64,000 nt of DNA from Bacteriovoracaceae bacterium (GTDB lineage: Bacteria > Bdellovibrionota > Bacteriovoracia > Bacteriovoracales > Bacteriovoracaceae). Location of the stretch: contig JBFGZE010000007.1 in NCBI GenBank assembly GCA_041586955.1, positions 1 to 64,000 of the forward strand, read 5' to 3'. Below the pieces are notes generated by a model that saw only the letters and a program-made list of their open reading frames with translations, had not been told where the DNA came from and did no database searches. Position 1 is the stretch's first letter; each line of letters starts with the position of its first letter. This document shows positions 8,496 to 21,949 of the stretch, one piece after another. Both the position numbers and the translations under genes were made by a program.

Positions 8496-10223
8496 ATGCA
8501 GTTAAAATACGAACTTTCAATTCCTACCCCTCATACTCATTTTGTTCACCTTAAAATTAAAGGAAAACGGGATCTTAAGCAGGATATCATAAAATTTTAT
8601 TTACCGACATGGAGTCCGGGATCTTATTTAATACGCGAGTACTCTCGTCATATACGCAATTTTCGGGCGCTTGATAAAAAGGGTTGCTTTTTGTATTTCA
8701 CGCAGAGCGATAAGTGCACCTGGGAGATTAACTTTTCACATCCTGAATTGACTTCAAACGAGTTGGAATTTGAAGTTTCCTATGAAGTTTTCGCCCATGA
8801 ATTAACAGTGCGGACCTCCCACGTCGATGATAGTCACGCATTTCTTCACGGTCCAAGTCTTTTTATGGGAGTGAAAGAGGTGGTTATAAATCGCCCAACT
8901 TTGCAGGTCGAAATCCATCCCGCTTGGTCAAAGATTACCACTGGTCTTAAAAATATATCACCATCACGCGAACTATTTATTTACGAGGCCGAAGATTATG
9001 ATCAATTAATTGATACACCTATCGAAATCGGTTGCCACGAAACAGATGGCTTTCAAGTCGAAGGGATTGACCATGAATTGGCCTTTTTTGGTGACCATAA
9101 ATGGCATGGGCGAAATCTCAAAAAAGATATAGAAATACTCGTTAAGACAGTCCTCAAAACCACCAGAGAGATTCCTTATGATAAATACACATTTATTACC
9201 CATTTTATTCCGGCGACTTTTGGAGGATTAGAACACCTAAACTCAACAGTTTTACAATTCTGCCCCATGCAATTAAAAGACGATAAAACCTATCGAGATT
9301 GGTTATCTCTCGTTGCCCATGAGTACTTTCATACCTGGAACGTCAAACGTATTCGACCACAGGCGTTGGGCCCATTTGATTACACAAAGGAAGTGGATAC
9401 CTCAATGCTATGGCTTGCTGAAGGATTGACAAGTTTTATGGATGAGCTTTTTGTTCTACGTAGTGGTCTTTGTACTCTCGAGGATTATTTAGAGTGGATG
9501 AAAAAACATCTCACGCGTTTTTTCGATAACCCCGGTCGACTCTTTGACTCTCTGGAAAGTGCCGGTAAAAATGCTTGGATTAAATTATACCGACCGAATG
9601 AAAACTCTAATAATTCAACCACCAATTATTACCTTAAGGGAGGATTGGCGTTCTTTGTGCTTAATGCTCTGATGACGGAGAGGGGTCACAATATAGACGC
9701 TCTTTTTGATCTTTTATGGCAACGATTTAAGGAAAGGCCAGAGGTTGGTGTTGATAAGAATGAAGTTTATGCCATGATTCAGTCCCTGGCCGGCGTTGAA
9801 GTCGTTAATGATTTTAAAAATATGATTGAGACAACTCAAGATATTTCTTTTGATCGTGCCTTTCAAGCATTAGGTCTGGAGCTCGTTTGGTCTAATAAGG
9901 AAGAGATCGACTTGGGAATCAAAACAAAAGTGGATGGGGAGCGTATTTTTGTGGAGTCAGTGGTTCAGGATGGACCGGCCTATAAAGGCGGGGTGAATGC
10001 TGGAGATGAAGTGCTTGCCATTGATGATCTGCGTATGACTCAGGAACTTTTTAAGGAGCATGAGAAGTATTTAAACCGCGACCAAAGCATTGAATTATTA
10101 TTGGCGCGCTCTGGACGTTTGGTCACCACAGTGATGACTCCCGGTATTAAAGGACGGGTCTTGCAGGAAATCAAGATCAATAATAAAGTCCAAGCGCTTA
10201 ATGGACTAGGTGTAACGTCATAA
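8496..10223 (+). CDS. M61 glycyl aminopeptidase with PDZ domain
   Basis: PTWSPGSY, GGLEH, HEYFHTWNVKRIRP, LWLAEGLTS, C-terminal PDZ (GPAYKGGVNAGDEVLAID). Confidence 0.93.
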   Translation: MQLKYELSIPTPHTHFVHLKIKGKRDLKQDIIKFYLPTWSPGSYLIREYSRHIRNFRALDKKGCFLYFTQSDKCTWEINFSHPELTSNELEFEVSYEVFAHELTVRTSHVDDSHAFLHGPSLFMGVKEVVINRPTLQVEIHPAWSKITTGLKNISPSRELFIYEAEDYDQLIDTPIEIGCHETDGFQVEGIDHELAFFGDHKWHGRNLKKDIEILVKTVLKTTREIPYDKYTFITHFIPATFGGLEHLNSTVLQFCPMQLKDDKTYRDWLSLVAHEYFHTWNVKRIRPQALGPFDYTKEVDTSMLWLAEGLTSFMDELFVLRSGLCTLEDYLEWMKKHLTRFFDNPGRLFDSLESAGKNAWIKLYRPNENSNNSTTNYYLKGGLAFFVLNALMTERGHNIDALFDLLWQRFKERPEVGVDKNEVYAMIQSLAGVEVVNDFKNMIETTQDISFDRAFQALGLELVWSNKEEIDLGIKTKVDGERIFVESVVQDGPAYKGGVNAGDEVLAIDDLRMTQELFKEHEKYLNRDQSIELLLARSGRLVTTVMTPGIKGRVLQEIKINNKVQALNGLGVTS

Positions 10224-10380
10224 AAATTGGTACTTTGAACTTTTCCAAATGAAAAAGTAAGAATTAATTGGCCAGTTGAACTATTGAAGGATTGCCGAAA
10301 CGCGATAATTTTGTCATATAATCTAATAACTTTCTAAAATAAGGGGCATATTTTTGTTTCCGCATGAGATGCAGGCCACC

Positions 10381-10506
10381 ATGGCCAAAATGTTATTTTT
10401 AATTTTTGCTGTCATTATGCTGTGCCTTTCGAGGGCCCGCGCTTGCAGTGACTTTAGTCGTCCTTTGATTACCAATCCTCAACATATAATGGACACCTCT
10501 CTTTAA
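10381..10506 (+). CDS. Possible small secreted peptide (41 aa)
   Basis: Manual translation MAKMLFLIFAVIMLCLSRARACSDFSRPLITNPQHIMDTSL; signal-peptide-like; no clear RBS. Confidence 0.3.
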   Translation: MAKMLFLIFAVIMLCLSRARACSDFSRPLITNPQHIMDTSL

Positions 10507-10622
10507 CATCACTTAATTTTTTTATTTTTACTCATCTTTTGACTTCAACTAGAGTAAACTAGAGGGGTCACTTATTTTTAATGAGGTCAAGAGGACCATT
10601 TTAGACAAGGAAGGAGCAAGGT

Positions 10623-12812
10623 ATGTCTTTCACTAGCCGTTTTAAAGCAAAATCAAAAGCTGTTGAACGAAAACTTAAATCATTTGAATTCCCCAAGAAT
10701 GGTAATGGGCAGAGTCTTAAAGTCTCCGAGTTCTTTGGCGAGAATATTTTTGATTTCCACAAAATGTCGGAGATATCAGATAAAGTTAAAGAAGAATTAA
10801 TTGAAGTTTCTCAGTCTAAAGACCGGTACCTCAGTAGAGAACAAGCAGATATTGTGGCCAAGGCCGCTATGGACTGGGCGATGGCAAGAGGGGCAACTCA
10901 TTTTTGTCATTGGTTCCAACCACTCACCGGTCAAACTGCTGAAAAGCATGATGCCTTTCTTGATTTTAAGGATGGCCAAATGATCGAAAACTTTTCCGGC
11001 GGACAATTAATGCAAGGGGAGCCGGATGCTTCATCTTTTCCCAATGGTGGCTCTCGTTCCACTTTTGAGGCCCGCGGTTATACCTCTTGGGATATGTCAT
11101 CACCATTATTTTTAATTGAAGGGGTGAATGGCAAAACTCTGTGTATCCCCACTGCCTTTATTTCCTATACCGGGCAGGCCTTGGATGTTAAAACACCTTT
11201 ATTGCGCTCAAATACTCGTCTTAATAATGAAGGTACCCGTTTTATGAACTTATTGGGCTTCTCAGATGTTAAGTCTGTGACGGCCTATTGTGGGCCAGAA
11301 CAAGAGTATTTTTTGGTTGATAAATCACTTTATTATTCACGGCCAGACTTGGTGATGACTAATCGAGCTTTATTTGGCAAGTCATCCGCTAAAAACCAAC
11401 AATTAGACGATCATTACTTTGGTGAGATTTCTGAGAGAGTCCTCTCCTTTATGCAGGAGTTTGATTATGAGCTCTATCGTTTAGGGATTCCGGCCAAAAC
11501 ACGTCATAATGAAGTGGCACCTGGCCAATTTGAAATTGCCCCCATTTTTCGAGAGGCCAATTTAGCAGCAGATAATAACCAATTATTGATGACCACATTA
11601 AAACGAGTCGCCAATAAACATGATATGGTGGCACTTTTACATGAGAAGCCATTTGCTGGGATCAATGGGTCTGGTAAGCATATCAATTGGTCATTTGGAA
11701 CTGATACGGGCATCAATTTATTGGAGCCAGGGGATCAACCTCACCAAAATATGAGCTTTTTAGCAACCCTTGCGATTATACTTGAGGCGATTAACCGTCA
11801 TGGAGCTGCTATTCGCATGTCCATCGCTAGTGCGGGTAATGATCACCGCCTGGGCGCCAATGAAGCCCCTCCTTCTATTATTTCGGTCTACTTGGGATCA
11901 ACACTTGATAGTATCCTTAAAGGTATTATTGAAGGTAAAGAGTTTACACCCAACGAAACAATCATCATGAATATGGGGGCCGCGCAATTGGCCGCCCTTT
12001 TACAGGATAATACCGATCGTAACCGCACGTCTCCATTTGCCTTTACCGGGAATAAGTTTGAATTGCGGGCGGTAGGAAGTTCGATGGCCATAGGCCTTCC
12101 ACTTAGCATTATTAATGCTGCTGTTGCGGATGTTTTGGCCGATTCAAACGACTTCATTGAAAAGGCCTTAGAAACAGAGAAAGATATTGATATTATCCTT
12201 CATAAATTGATCCAAAAATGGGGTAAGCAGGCCTATCATGTGGTTTTTAACGGAGATGGCTATGGTGAGGAATGGCTTAAGGAGGCGGATAAACGAGGGC
12301 TGCCTAATTTGCGAACTACGCCGGACGCTTTAAGCGTTTTAAAGGACGAGCAACAAACTCGTTTTCTCATTAAGCAGGGAATATATCTTAAAGAGGAATT
12401 GGACACTCGTTATAATGTCTTGGTGGAAAATTATATCACCATGCGCTCGATTGAGTTTGATACCCTAAATATGCTTGTGCAACAATATGTTTTCCCAGTC
12501 GCGCTCGATTATAAAATTAAATTGGCAGAGGTGATTAAAAATCAAAAGGCCATTAATATTGAATCCACCGCTGAGCTAGAAATTTATAAGCGTCTTAATT
12601 ATTCGATGGAAAGCCTTTATAAGGTCAATCTCAATTTAAAATACGGTTATGATGAATTAAAAGGTGAAGAAATTGAGAAGGCACATATCATTGCTAATGA
12701 GTTGATGCCAATTTCTGAAGAAGTCGCACGATTTTGTAATGAAATTGAGGAAATTATTCCCGATTCAAAATGGACTCTGCCTAAATTTTTCGATTTGCTT
12801 TTTATTCGCTAA
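10623..12812 (+). CDS. glnN: Glutamine synthetase type III
   Basis: 729 aa; HWFQPLTG.TAEKHDAF, GEPDASSFP, HNEVAPGQFE, HEKPFAGINGSGKH, DRNRTSPFAFTGNKFE. Confidence 0.95.
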   Translation: MSFTSRFKAKSKAVERKLKSFEFPKNGNGQSLKVSEFFGENIFDFHKMSEISDKVKEELIEVSQSKDRYLSREQADIVAKAAMDWAMARGATHFCHWFQPLTGQTAEKHDAFLDFKDGQMIENFSGGQLMQGEPDASSFPNGGSRSTFEARGYTSWDMSSPLFLIEGVNGKTLCIPTAFISYTGQALDVKTPLLRSNTRLNNEGTRFMNLLGFSDVKSVTAYCGPEQEYFLVDKSLYYSRPDLVMTNRALFGKSSAKNQQLDDHYFGEISERVLSFMQEFDYELYRLGIPAKTRHNEVAPGQFEIAPIFREANLAADNNQLLMTTLKRVANKHDMVALLHEKPFAGINGSGKHINWSFGTDTGINLLEPGDQPHQNMSFLATLAIILEAINRHGAAIRMSIASAGNDHRLGANEAPPSIISVYLGSTLDSILKGIIEGKEFTPNETIIMNMGAAQLAALLQDNTDRNRTSPFAFTGNKFELRAVGSSMAIGLPLSIINAAVADVLADSNDFIEKALETEKDIDIILHKLIQKWGKQAYHVVFNGDGYGEEWLKEADKRGLPNLRTTPDALSVLKDEQQTRFLIKQGIYLKEELDTRYNVLVENYITMRSIEFDTLNMLVQQYVFPVALDYKIKLAEVIKNQKAINIESTAELEIYKRLNYSMESLYKVNLNLKYGYDELKGEEIEKAHIIANELMPISEEVARFCNEIEEIIPDSKWTLPKFFDLLFIR

Positions 12813-14053
12813 CCAGCATAAATAGGTGGCCTAGCAATCAAAGCGATGTTGCGGGGAGAAAGAGTCTCATCAAAAAATTCGACCAGATCGACTTGATGGC
12901 CTTTCTCTTGCAACCATAAAGCGCGGTCGAGTAAAAGATAGCATTCAATATTTCGACCCCATTGCCAGCGGATGAGATTGGCCATGAACATCTTATTAAT
13001 TAAATGTTGAACCTTCTCCTGGGCAAAAAATAGATTGAGTTCAGACTCGCGAGGAAGTGGGTCAAGTGAAATTTGGCCCATCTTTTTTAAAGCATAAATT
13101 GAAAAATCACCATGGTAAACACGAGCATGTTCATCACCGACGGAAAGAAAGTCGGTGATTCCACGCTCATGAAAAAGATAGAGGTGGAGCGCATAACGAA
13201 ACGCCTTGACTCTTTTTTTAAGCAAAAATTCTTTAAAAGTCATTTCAGTATGGCCGCGAGTCGCCAAAGTTAGGGCGTGGTTGCTCATAGGGAGACCATG
13301 TACTTTGGCCCAGGCGGATAAATTAATGTCGCGCTCAGGGTTAAGACGGTGGTAGCAGCAACCAAAGTTAATGAGGCCGGCATTTTTGAAATGATTAAAG
13401 GCAAAGATTAAATGATTCGCCAAATTACCACAGGTATGGAGACCTAGTGCGAGACTATCAGTGGTGAAAAAAGGTCGTAAGTCCTCCACATCTTCCCCAA
13501 AAGCGAGATGGTGAAAATGAAGCTTACCCGCTTGTGCGGGAATAGGATATTTTTTAGCGCGCTTGGCACCTATTTCTTGGAAGTCGCGATTGATATCCAG
13601 AGTATGGCAATGATGGCCATGATAATGGGCCAGAACCCTTGAGAGATGGCCAACTCCACCGCCGATATCAATAATGCGCTTAAAGGAGAGTTCAGCTTGA
13701 TTCAGATAATGACGAATGCGATCAATTTCATGTTTTTTCTTTTCTTTAACACGGAAAAAGGCCCAGGAGGGTAATTGTTCCGGACTTTCGTTTTTAAGAT
13801 GTGTGAACTTTGGTAATTGCTCTCTGAGTTCTGTGATATAGCGACCCAGGGAAGAGTCGCCCAAGGAACTAATATCACCTCGGCCATCGAGACGATAGAG
13901 CTCATCTTCATTGAGTTGAAGGAGTTGCTCAATCCATTCCTCGGGATAATCGGCCAGTGATTGAGGGTAGGAATTGAGAACTTCTCGAGACCAGAGGGGA
14001 TAAAAGGACTTTAGCCCTTGCGATAATGTGAGAAAACTCTGTTTAAAATTCAT
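12809..14053 (-). CDS. SAM-dependent methyltransferase (Methyltransf_32/METTL25-like)
   Basis: KKKHEI, IIDIGGGVGHLSR, GLHTCGNL, GCCYH, LSPRN. Confidence 0.85.
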   Translation of the reverse strand: MNFKQSFLTLSQGLKSFYPLWSREVLNSYPQSLADYPEEWIEQLLQLNEDELYRLDGRGDISSLGDSSLGRYITELREQLPKFTHLKNESPEQLPSWAFFRVKEKKKHEIDRIRHYLNQAELSFKRIIDIGGGVGHLSRVLAHYHGHHCHTLDINRDFQEIGAKRAKKYPIPAQAGKLHFHHLAFGEDVEDLRPFFTTDSLALGLHTCGNLANHLIFAFNHFKNAGLINFGCCYHRLNPERDINLSAWAKVHGLPMSNHALTLATRGHTEMTFKEFLLKKRVKAFRYALHLYLFHERGITDFLSVGDEHARVYHGDFSIYALKKMGQISLDPLPRESELNLFFAQEKVQHLINKMFMANLIRWQWGRNIECYLLLDRALWLQEKGHQVDLVEFFDETLSPRNIALIARPPIYAG

Positions 14054-14103
14054 TGGTCCATTTTTGCCTCATTGTGTTAGGATTAGTCAATATAGGAGTC
14101 TGT

Positions 14104-15417
14104 ATGACAGGTGAAAAATTTCTGGTTCTAGGTCCTGGATTGAGTGGATATTCGGCCGTAAAGATTTTAAAGCAATTCAATTATGAGACGATTTACCTCG
14201 CTGGCGAAGGTGAAGCCGCTGGTTGGCCGCGTTATGAGCAATTATTAGAGCTTCTCGGTGAAAATTATTTAATCCACCAAGATCAGGCCCAAGCGACCTC
14301 TTTTTTGGCCAATATCACCGTTTTGGTTTTAAGTCCGGGCATTGCTCGTACCCATCCCCTGGTGGCCCAGGCCATTAAACAGGGGATTCAAATTTGGTCT
14401 GAGGTGGAATTGGCCTATCGCCATTGCCAGGTCCCCATTTTGGCGATCACTGGTACTAATGGTAAAACCACCACCTGTACACTTTTGGCCCAGGCCCTTG
14501 AGAGTGCTGGCAAAAAAGTTTTTTTGGGTGGCAATATAGGCACACCTTTATGTGATCTCATCGCTCATCAAGACGATTTTGATTATGCGGTTTGGGAATT
14601 ATCGAGTTTCCAATTAGAATCCATTGATACTTTCAAACCTCAGCTCTGCGCTCTTTTAAATTTGGCGTTCAATCATGGGGAGCGTTATGACAATATTGAA
14701 GATTATGCCCTGAGCAAGCTTCAAATTTTAAAAAATCTTGATGGTGTTGATCAGGCCCTGGTGAGTGAGGATTTTCTTGTCTATGATCAGCGCTCCTTTA
14801 CCCAAGTTCTGGGAAATGTTGATGATTTAGCTTTGTATCGGAGCAAATACCAGGAGATTGAATGGGATGACTTTGTCATGGGCCATAAGCATAATCAATT
14901 GAATCTCTATGTCGTGGCCTGGTTTCTCGAGCAATTAAACTTATCTGTGGCGGCAATCAATCCTGTTATTCGCGAATTTAGAGGTGTCGCGCACCGTCTG
15001 CAAAAAATCGAGACTTCTCAATTTTTGGGGGATGTTTTTAATGACGCCAAAAGCACAAATTGGCCGGCGACATTTTCAGCTCTTAAAAGTATTTTTAGGG
15101 AAGGGCGAAGGCTGTGTTTAATTTGCGGTGGTCAAAGAAGAGGTGTGGGTGATGGCCTGGCCCCTGAGCAGATTGATGAGCTTATCAAATGGCGGCCATT
15201 GATTTTAACCATAGGTGAGGCCGGACCTTTTATTAAAGAAAGTTTGAGTAAGACCCCATTAGAAGTTCACCATTGCGACAATTTAAAGGGGGCCTGGAAT
15301 CATCTTAAAGAGACGAATTTTTCTGGCGATATACTTTTTTCCCCGGCCTACCCATCTTTTGATCAATTCAACAATTACGTGGCAAGGGGCGAAGCTTTCA
15401 TAAAAATTTTTAATTAA
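14104..15417 (+). CDS. murD: UDP-N-acetylmuramoyl-L-alanine:D-glutamate ligase
   Basis: LSPGI, ITGTNGKTTT, GGNIGTP, ELSSFQL, NDAKSTN, SFDQF.NY..RGE.F; RBS AGGAG before ATG 14104. Confidence 0.92.
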   Translation: MTGEKFLVLGPGLSGYSAVKILKQFNYETIYLAGEGEAAGWPRYEQLLELLGENYLIHQDQAQATSFLANITVLVLSPGIARTHPLVAQAIKQGIQIWSEVELAYRHCQVPILAITGTNGKTTTCTLLAQALESAGKKVFLGGNIGTPLCDLIAHQDDFDYAVWELSSFQLESIDTFKPQLCALLNLAFNHGERYDNIEDYALSKLQILKNLDGVDQALVSEDFLVYDQRSFTQVLGNVDDLALYRSKYQEIEWDDFVMGHKHNQLNLYVVAWFLEQLNLSVAAINPVIREFRGVAHRLQKIETSQFLGDVFNDAKSTNWPATFSALKSIFREGRRLCLICGGQRRGVGDGLAPEQIDELIKWRPLILTIGEAGPFIKESLSKTPLEVHHCDNLKGAWNHLKETNFSGDILFSPAYPSFDQFNNYVARGEAFIKIFN

Positions 15418-15541
15418 GATTTTCGATTTTAATCTTTGTAAGAGGTGATTTTTGGAGAGTCATCCCCATTGCCACCTTGGCAAAAAATACAAATAATATA
15501 CCTAAAATAATATCTCTTAAACGCAATTGACCCATTTTCAT
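15410..15541 (-). CDS. Small membrane/secreted peptide (43 aa)
   Basis: Manual translation MKMGQLRLRDIILGILFVFFAKVAMGMTLQKSPLTKIKIENLN; AAGGA/GGAG upstream; fills the gap downstream of the matrixin gene. Confidence 0.45.
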   Translation of the reverse strand: MKMGQLRLRDIILGILFVFFAKVAMGMTLQKSPLTKIKIENLN

Positions 15542-15582
15542 CTCCATCCTTTCTAGCTTGTCGGCACGGAGAAGACTAGGGG

Positions 15583-16365
15583 TTAAGAGCGCTTTTTCGA
15601 GGGGCGAAAAATGCCCGCTACAAGGAAAAAACCAAGAAGAAGGGTTATCATATAATTTTTCACCTCGTCAGGTTTATCAAAAGAGACGCTACCACAACCG
15701 CCAAAAGGCTGTTGAGCAGGGTAGAGATAGGTCACACCATCGACATCATCCCAGCCTAATCCCATACGAGTCGAAAAACTGAGATAATACATCAGTGAAT
15801 CTTCGACGGGACTATGCCCAAGGCCGATCGCATGACCAATTTCATGGGCGAGAATCGCCATTTGTTCTTCTTTACTCTTGCTTTGGAATTGATTGGAGGC
15901 AATATCATTGAGAAGAACAAGGGCCCCATTAATGACTTCTCCGGAAATATTATTGGGTACGGTCACGCCTAAAACACCGAGGTTATTTGAGAAATTGGTG
16001 GCATTCGTATTACAGGAAATAAGGATATCACTTCCCACAATGAGATCTGTATTGGGGACACAATTGGTACCTGTTTGGCATATAAGGCCAGTTTGAAAGT
16101 CCGCACTGGTAGCGACCAGGTCGCCTTGTTCAATTTGTAGGCGACTGGTGGCGACGGTATTCCAATACTTGTCCATAGCATCACCTGCGAGGGACAATAA
16201 TTCGTCATTGGTCATGCCCATATTAGAGCAGGGAGTAGAAGAGACATTAACTTTAATTACGTCTTGTTCGAAAGCAGCACCAACAGAATTATTGAGAGTA
16301 AAGGCATAAAGCTCGCCTGTTAATAGACAGGTGATAAGCACCAATATGAGATTTGTGATTTTCAT
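15583..16365 (-). CDS. Matrixin (M10-like) zinc metalloprotease with C-terminal GGCG-TM-basic tail
   Basis: Signal peptide; HEIGHAIGLGHS plus Met-turn (SLMY); tail FGGCG...MITLLLGFFLVAGIFRPSKKRS. Confidence 0.88.
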   Translation of the reverse strand: MKITNLILVLITCLLTGELYAFTLNNSVGAAFEQDVIKVNVSSTPCSNMGMTNDELLSLAGDAMDKYWNTVATSRLQIEQGDLVATSADFQTGLICQTGTNCVPNTDLIVGSDILISCNTNATNFSNNLGVLGVTVPNNISGEVINGALVLLNDIASNQFQSKSKEEQMAILAHEIGHAIGLGHSPVEDSLMYYLSFSTRMGLGWDDVDGVTYLYPAQQPFGGCGSVSFDKPDEVKNYMITLLLGFFLVAGIFRPSKKRS

Positions 16366-17057
16366 CGGCGACTCCTACGCGATCTTTCCTTCTTTTTCTT
16401 TGTTCTCTTTTTCTTTTTAACTTTATAAGTTCTGGTATTTTTCCCATCATTCCATAAGCTATCGTGGAAATGATAATTTAAAAGGAGGGCATAATTAAAG
16501 GCGCGATTGGCACCGCTGGCAATATTATAGAATGAGGTATCAAAGCGCACCGACCAATCATAACTGAGCAGGTAATCGACACCGAAATGCATCGTTACAC
16601 TTTGAGAGGTGCTCGATTGTTCAGGCATAGGAAAAGCATCAACTCCCACGCCATTGGGGAGCTCTTGAGTGCTGCCATCAGAGCTGATACGGGTATAGAA
16701 TAATCCGAGACCGGTGGTAAAAAGGAAGTCACCAAATTTATATCCAATATGAGTCGCTAGGTAATAAGACATTTTACTGATTAAAGGGTCTCGTGCTCCG
16801 CCTGGCCAAAGAAATCCAAATTCAGGGAAAAGTGAGAATTGATCTGTGAGTTGATATTCGCCTTGGGCCACTAATAATGGCCTAAACTCAAATGAGTTTT
16901 TTGAGCTGGCGGAGTCTGTATAGACATGAAATGCTTGTTGGGTAATCGTACCTAGGCCAAAAGTTAAATCTTTCAAACCTGCTTGGGACTTGCCTTTGGG
17001 GAAAATACCCATGTTTAATAGGCAGCAAAAAACTATAACTCCAATCCGTGAGTTCAT
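16362..17057 (-). CDS. Putative outer-membrane beta-barrel protein with polybasic C-terminal extension
   Basis: Signal peptide, alternating aromatic/Gly beta-strands, LLLNYHF followed by K/R-rich tail; ATGA overlap with protease gene. Confidence 0.6.
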   Translation of the reverse strand: MNSRIGVIVFCCLLNMGIFPKGKSQAGLKDLTFGLGTITQQAFHVYTDSASSKNSFEFRPLLVAQGEYQLTDQFSLFPEFGFLWPGGARDPLISKMSYYLATHIGYKFGDFLFTTGLGLFYTRISSDGSTQELPNGVGVDAFPMPEQSSTSQSVTMHFGVDYLLSYDWSVRFDTSFYNIASGANRAFNYALLLNYHFHDSLWNDGKNTRTYKVKKKKRTKKKKERSRRSRR

Positions 17058-17168
17058 ATTATATCCTTTTTGTTTATTTGATTTTCTCAAAATTGTTCTT
17101 TATATGGCAATGATATTCTTCTATTTTGGGCCCTCTTGGCCTACAATTAAGACCAAGTGAGGATGATT

Positions 17169-18284
17169 ATGAATTTAGAAAACTTTTCCATACCAGATAA
17201 TTTACTTCCCTCTGACCCGCGTTTTGGTTCGGGACCGTCTTTGGTTCCCACTCAATATGTGCAGGAATTGGCCGAAACGGGCGTTCATTTGCTTGGTACC
17301 AGTCACCGTCAGACTCCTATTAAGAATTTATGTAAAGGTATTCAAGAGGGCCTCAAAGAATATTTCAAGTTACCTGATGATTATAGTGTTGTACTTGGTA
17401 ACGGCGGTGCCACTTTTCTTTTTGATATGATCGGCCTAGGGATGGTGGAAAAGAAAATCACCCATTTCACCTGTGGTGAGTTTTCGCAGAAATGGTTTAA
17501 GTCTTCAAAGGCAATCCCTTGGATAGAGGCGGATGAAGTGGCCGTGGAATATGGCCAAGGTATTGATGGGAAAAATGTAGAGGGATCAGATGTGATCGCT
17601 ATAACCCTTAATGAAACTTCAACTGGTGTTCAGATTACTGGACTTCCAGAGGTTGATGATCAGACCATTTTAGCAGTTGATGCTACAAGTGGTGCGGGAC
17701 AATGCCCTTGTGATGTTTCAAAAGTTGATCTTTTCTTTCTCTCCCCGCAGAAAGTTTTTGCCAGTGAAGGAGGACTTTTTGTCGCTATCATAAGTCCTAA
17801 AGCGCGGGCCCGTGCCTTACGTATGGCCGAAGATAAAACCCGTTATGTGCCACCTATTATGAATTGGAAGACGGCAATTACTAATAGTGATAAAAACCAG
17901 ACCTATAATACCCCAAGTGTGGCGACCCTCTTTTTCCTGAATAAGCAAGTCGCTGCGATGAATGCTTTGGGTTACGATAAAGTTCAAGAGATGGCCAAAA
18001 AGAAGGCCGACTTAGTTTATGGTTGGGCGCAAGAAAAACCCTATTTAAGCTGCTTTATTAAAGACGAACAATATCGCTCACAAGCTGTCGCGACCATTGA
18101 TGTTGATGAGTCATTACCGGTTGAACCGCTGATTAATTTGTTAGCGGAGAAGAAAATTGCCTATGGCATCGATGCTTATCGTAAATTAGGACGCAATCAA
18201 TTTAGAATAGCGCTCTTTCACAATATATCCTATGAAGATCTCGATAAGCTTCTTAAAATTTTATCGATGGCACTTGAGGGTTAA
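17169..18284 (+). CDS. serC: Phosphoserine aminotransferase (actinobacterial-type SerC)
   Basis: DPRFGSGPS, GTSHRQ, NETSTGV, DATSGAG, SPQK (PLP Lys), NQTYNTP, YRKLGRNQFR. Confidence 0.9.
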   Translation: MNLENFSIPDNLLPSDPRFGSGPSLVPTQYVQELAETGVHLLGTSHRQTPIKNLCKGIQEGLKEYFKLPDDYSVVLGNGGATFLFDMIGLGMVEKKITHFTCGEFSQKWFKSSKAIPWIEADEVAVEYGQGIDGKNVEGSDVIAITLNETSTGVQITGLPEVDDQTILAVDATSGAGQCPCDVSKVDLFFLSPQKVFASEGGLFVAIISPKARARALRMAEDKTRYVPPIMNWKTAITNSDKNQTYNTPSVATLFFLNKQVAAMNALGYDKVQEMAKKKADLVYGWAQEKPYLSCFIKDEQYRSQAVATIDVDESLPVEPLINLLAEKKIAYGIDAYRKLGRNQFRIALFHNISYEDLDKLLKILSMALEG

Positions 18285-18295
18285 TTCCTTGTCAT

Positions 18296-18321
18296 AGCTG
18301 ACCTTTGTTCAAAGGTCAGCT
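18296..18321. terminator. Hairpin between convergent serC and tgt (likely bidirectional terminator)
   Basis: agctgacctttg-tt-caaaggtcagct perfect inverted repeat. Confidence 0.7.
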
Positions 18322-18332
18322 CTCATCATTTT

Positions 18333-21775
<3,443 letters not shown>

Positions 21776-21949
21776 CGCCGTTTTTCTTCCTCATGAATGA
21801 TATTTCTATTGTCCTATTCCCAATGGAAATAAGCAAGTTTTACCTATTCTTGACCAAAATTGATGGAAACCAATTTCCTAGTTTACAAATTTTAAGAATG
21901 ATTTATTCTTTATAAAAAGGAATTTTAAAATTATCAAAAGGATTTGATC

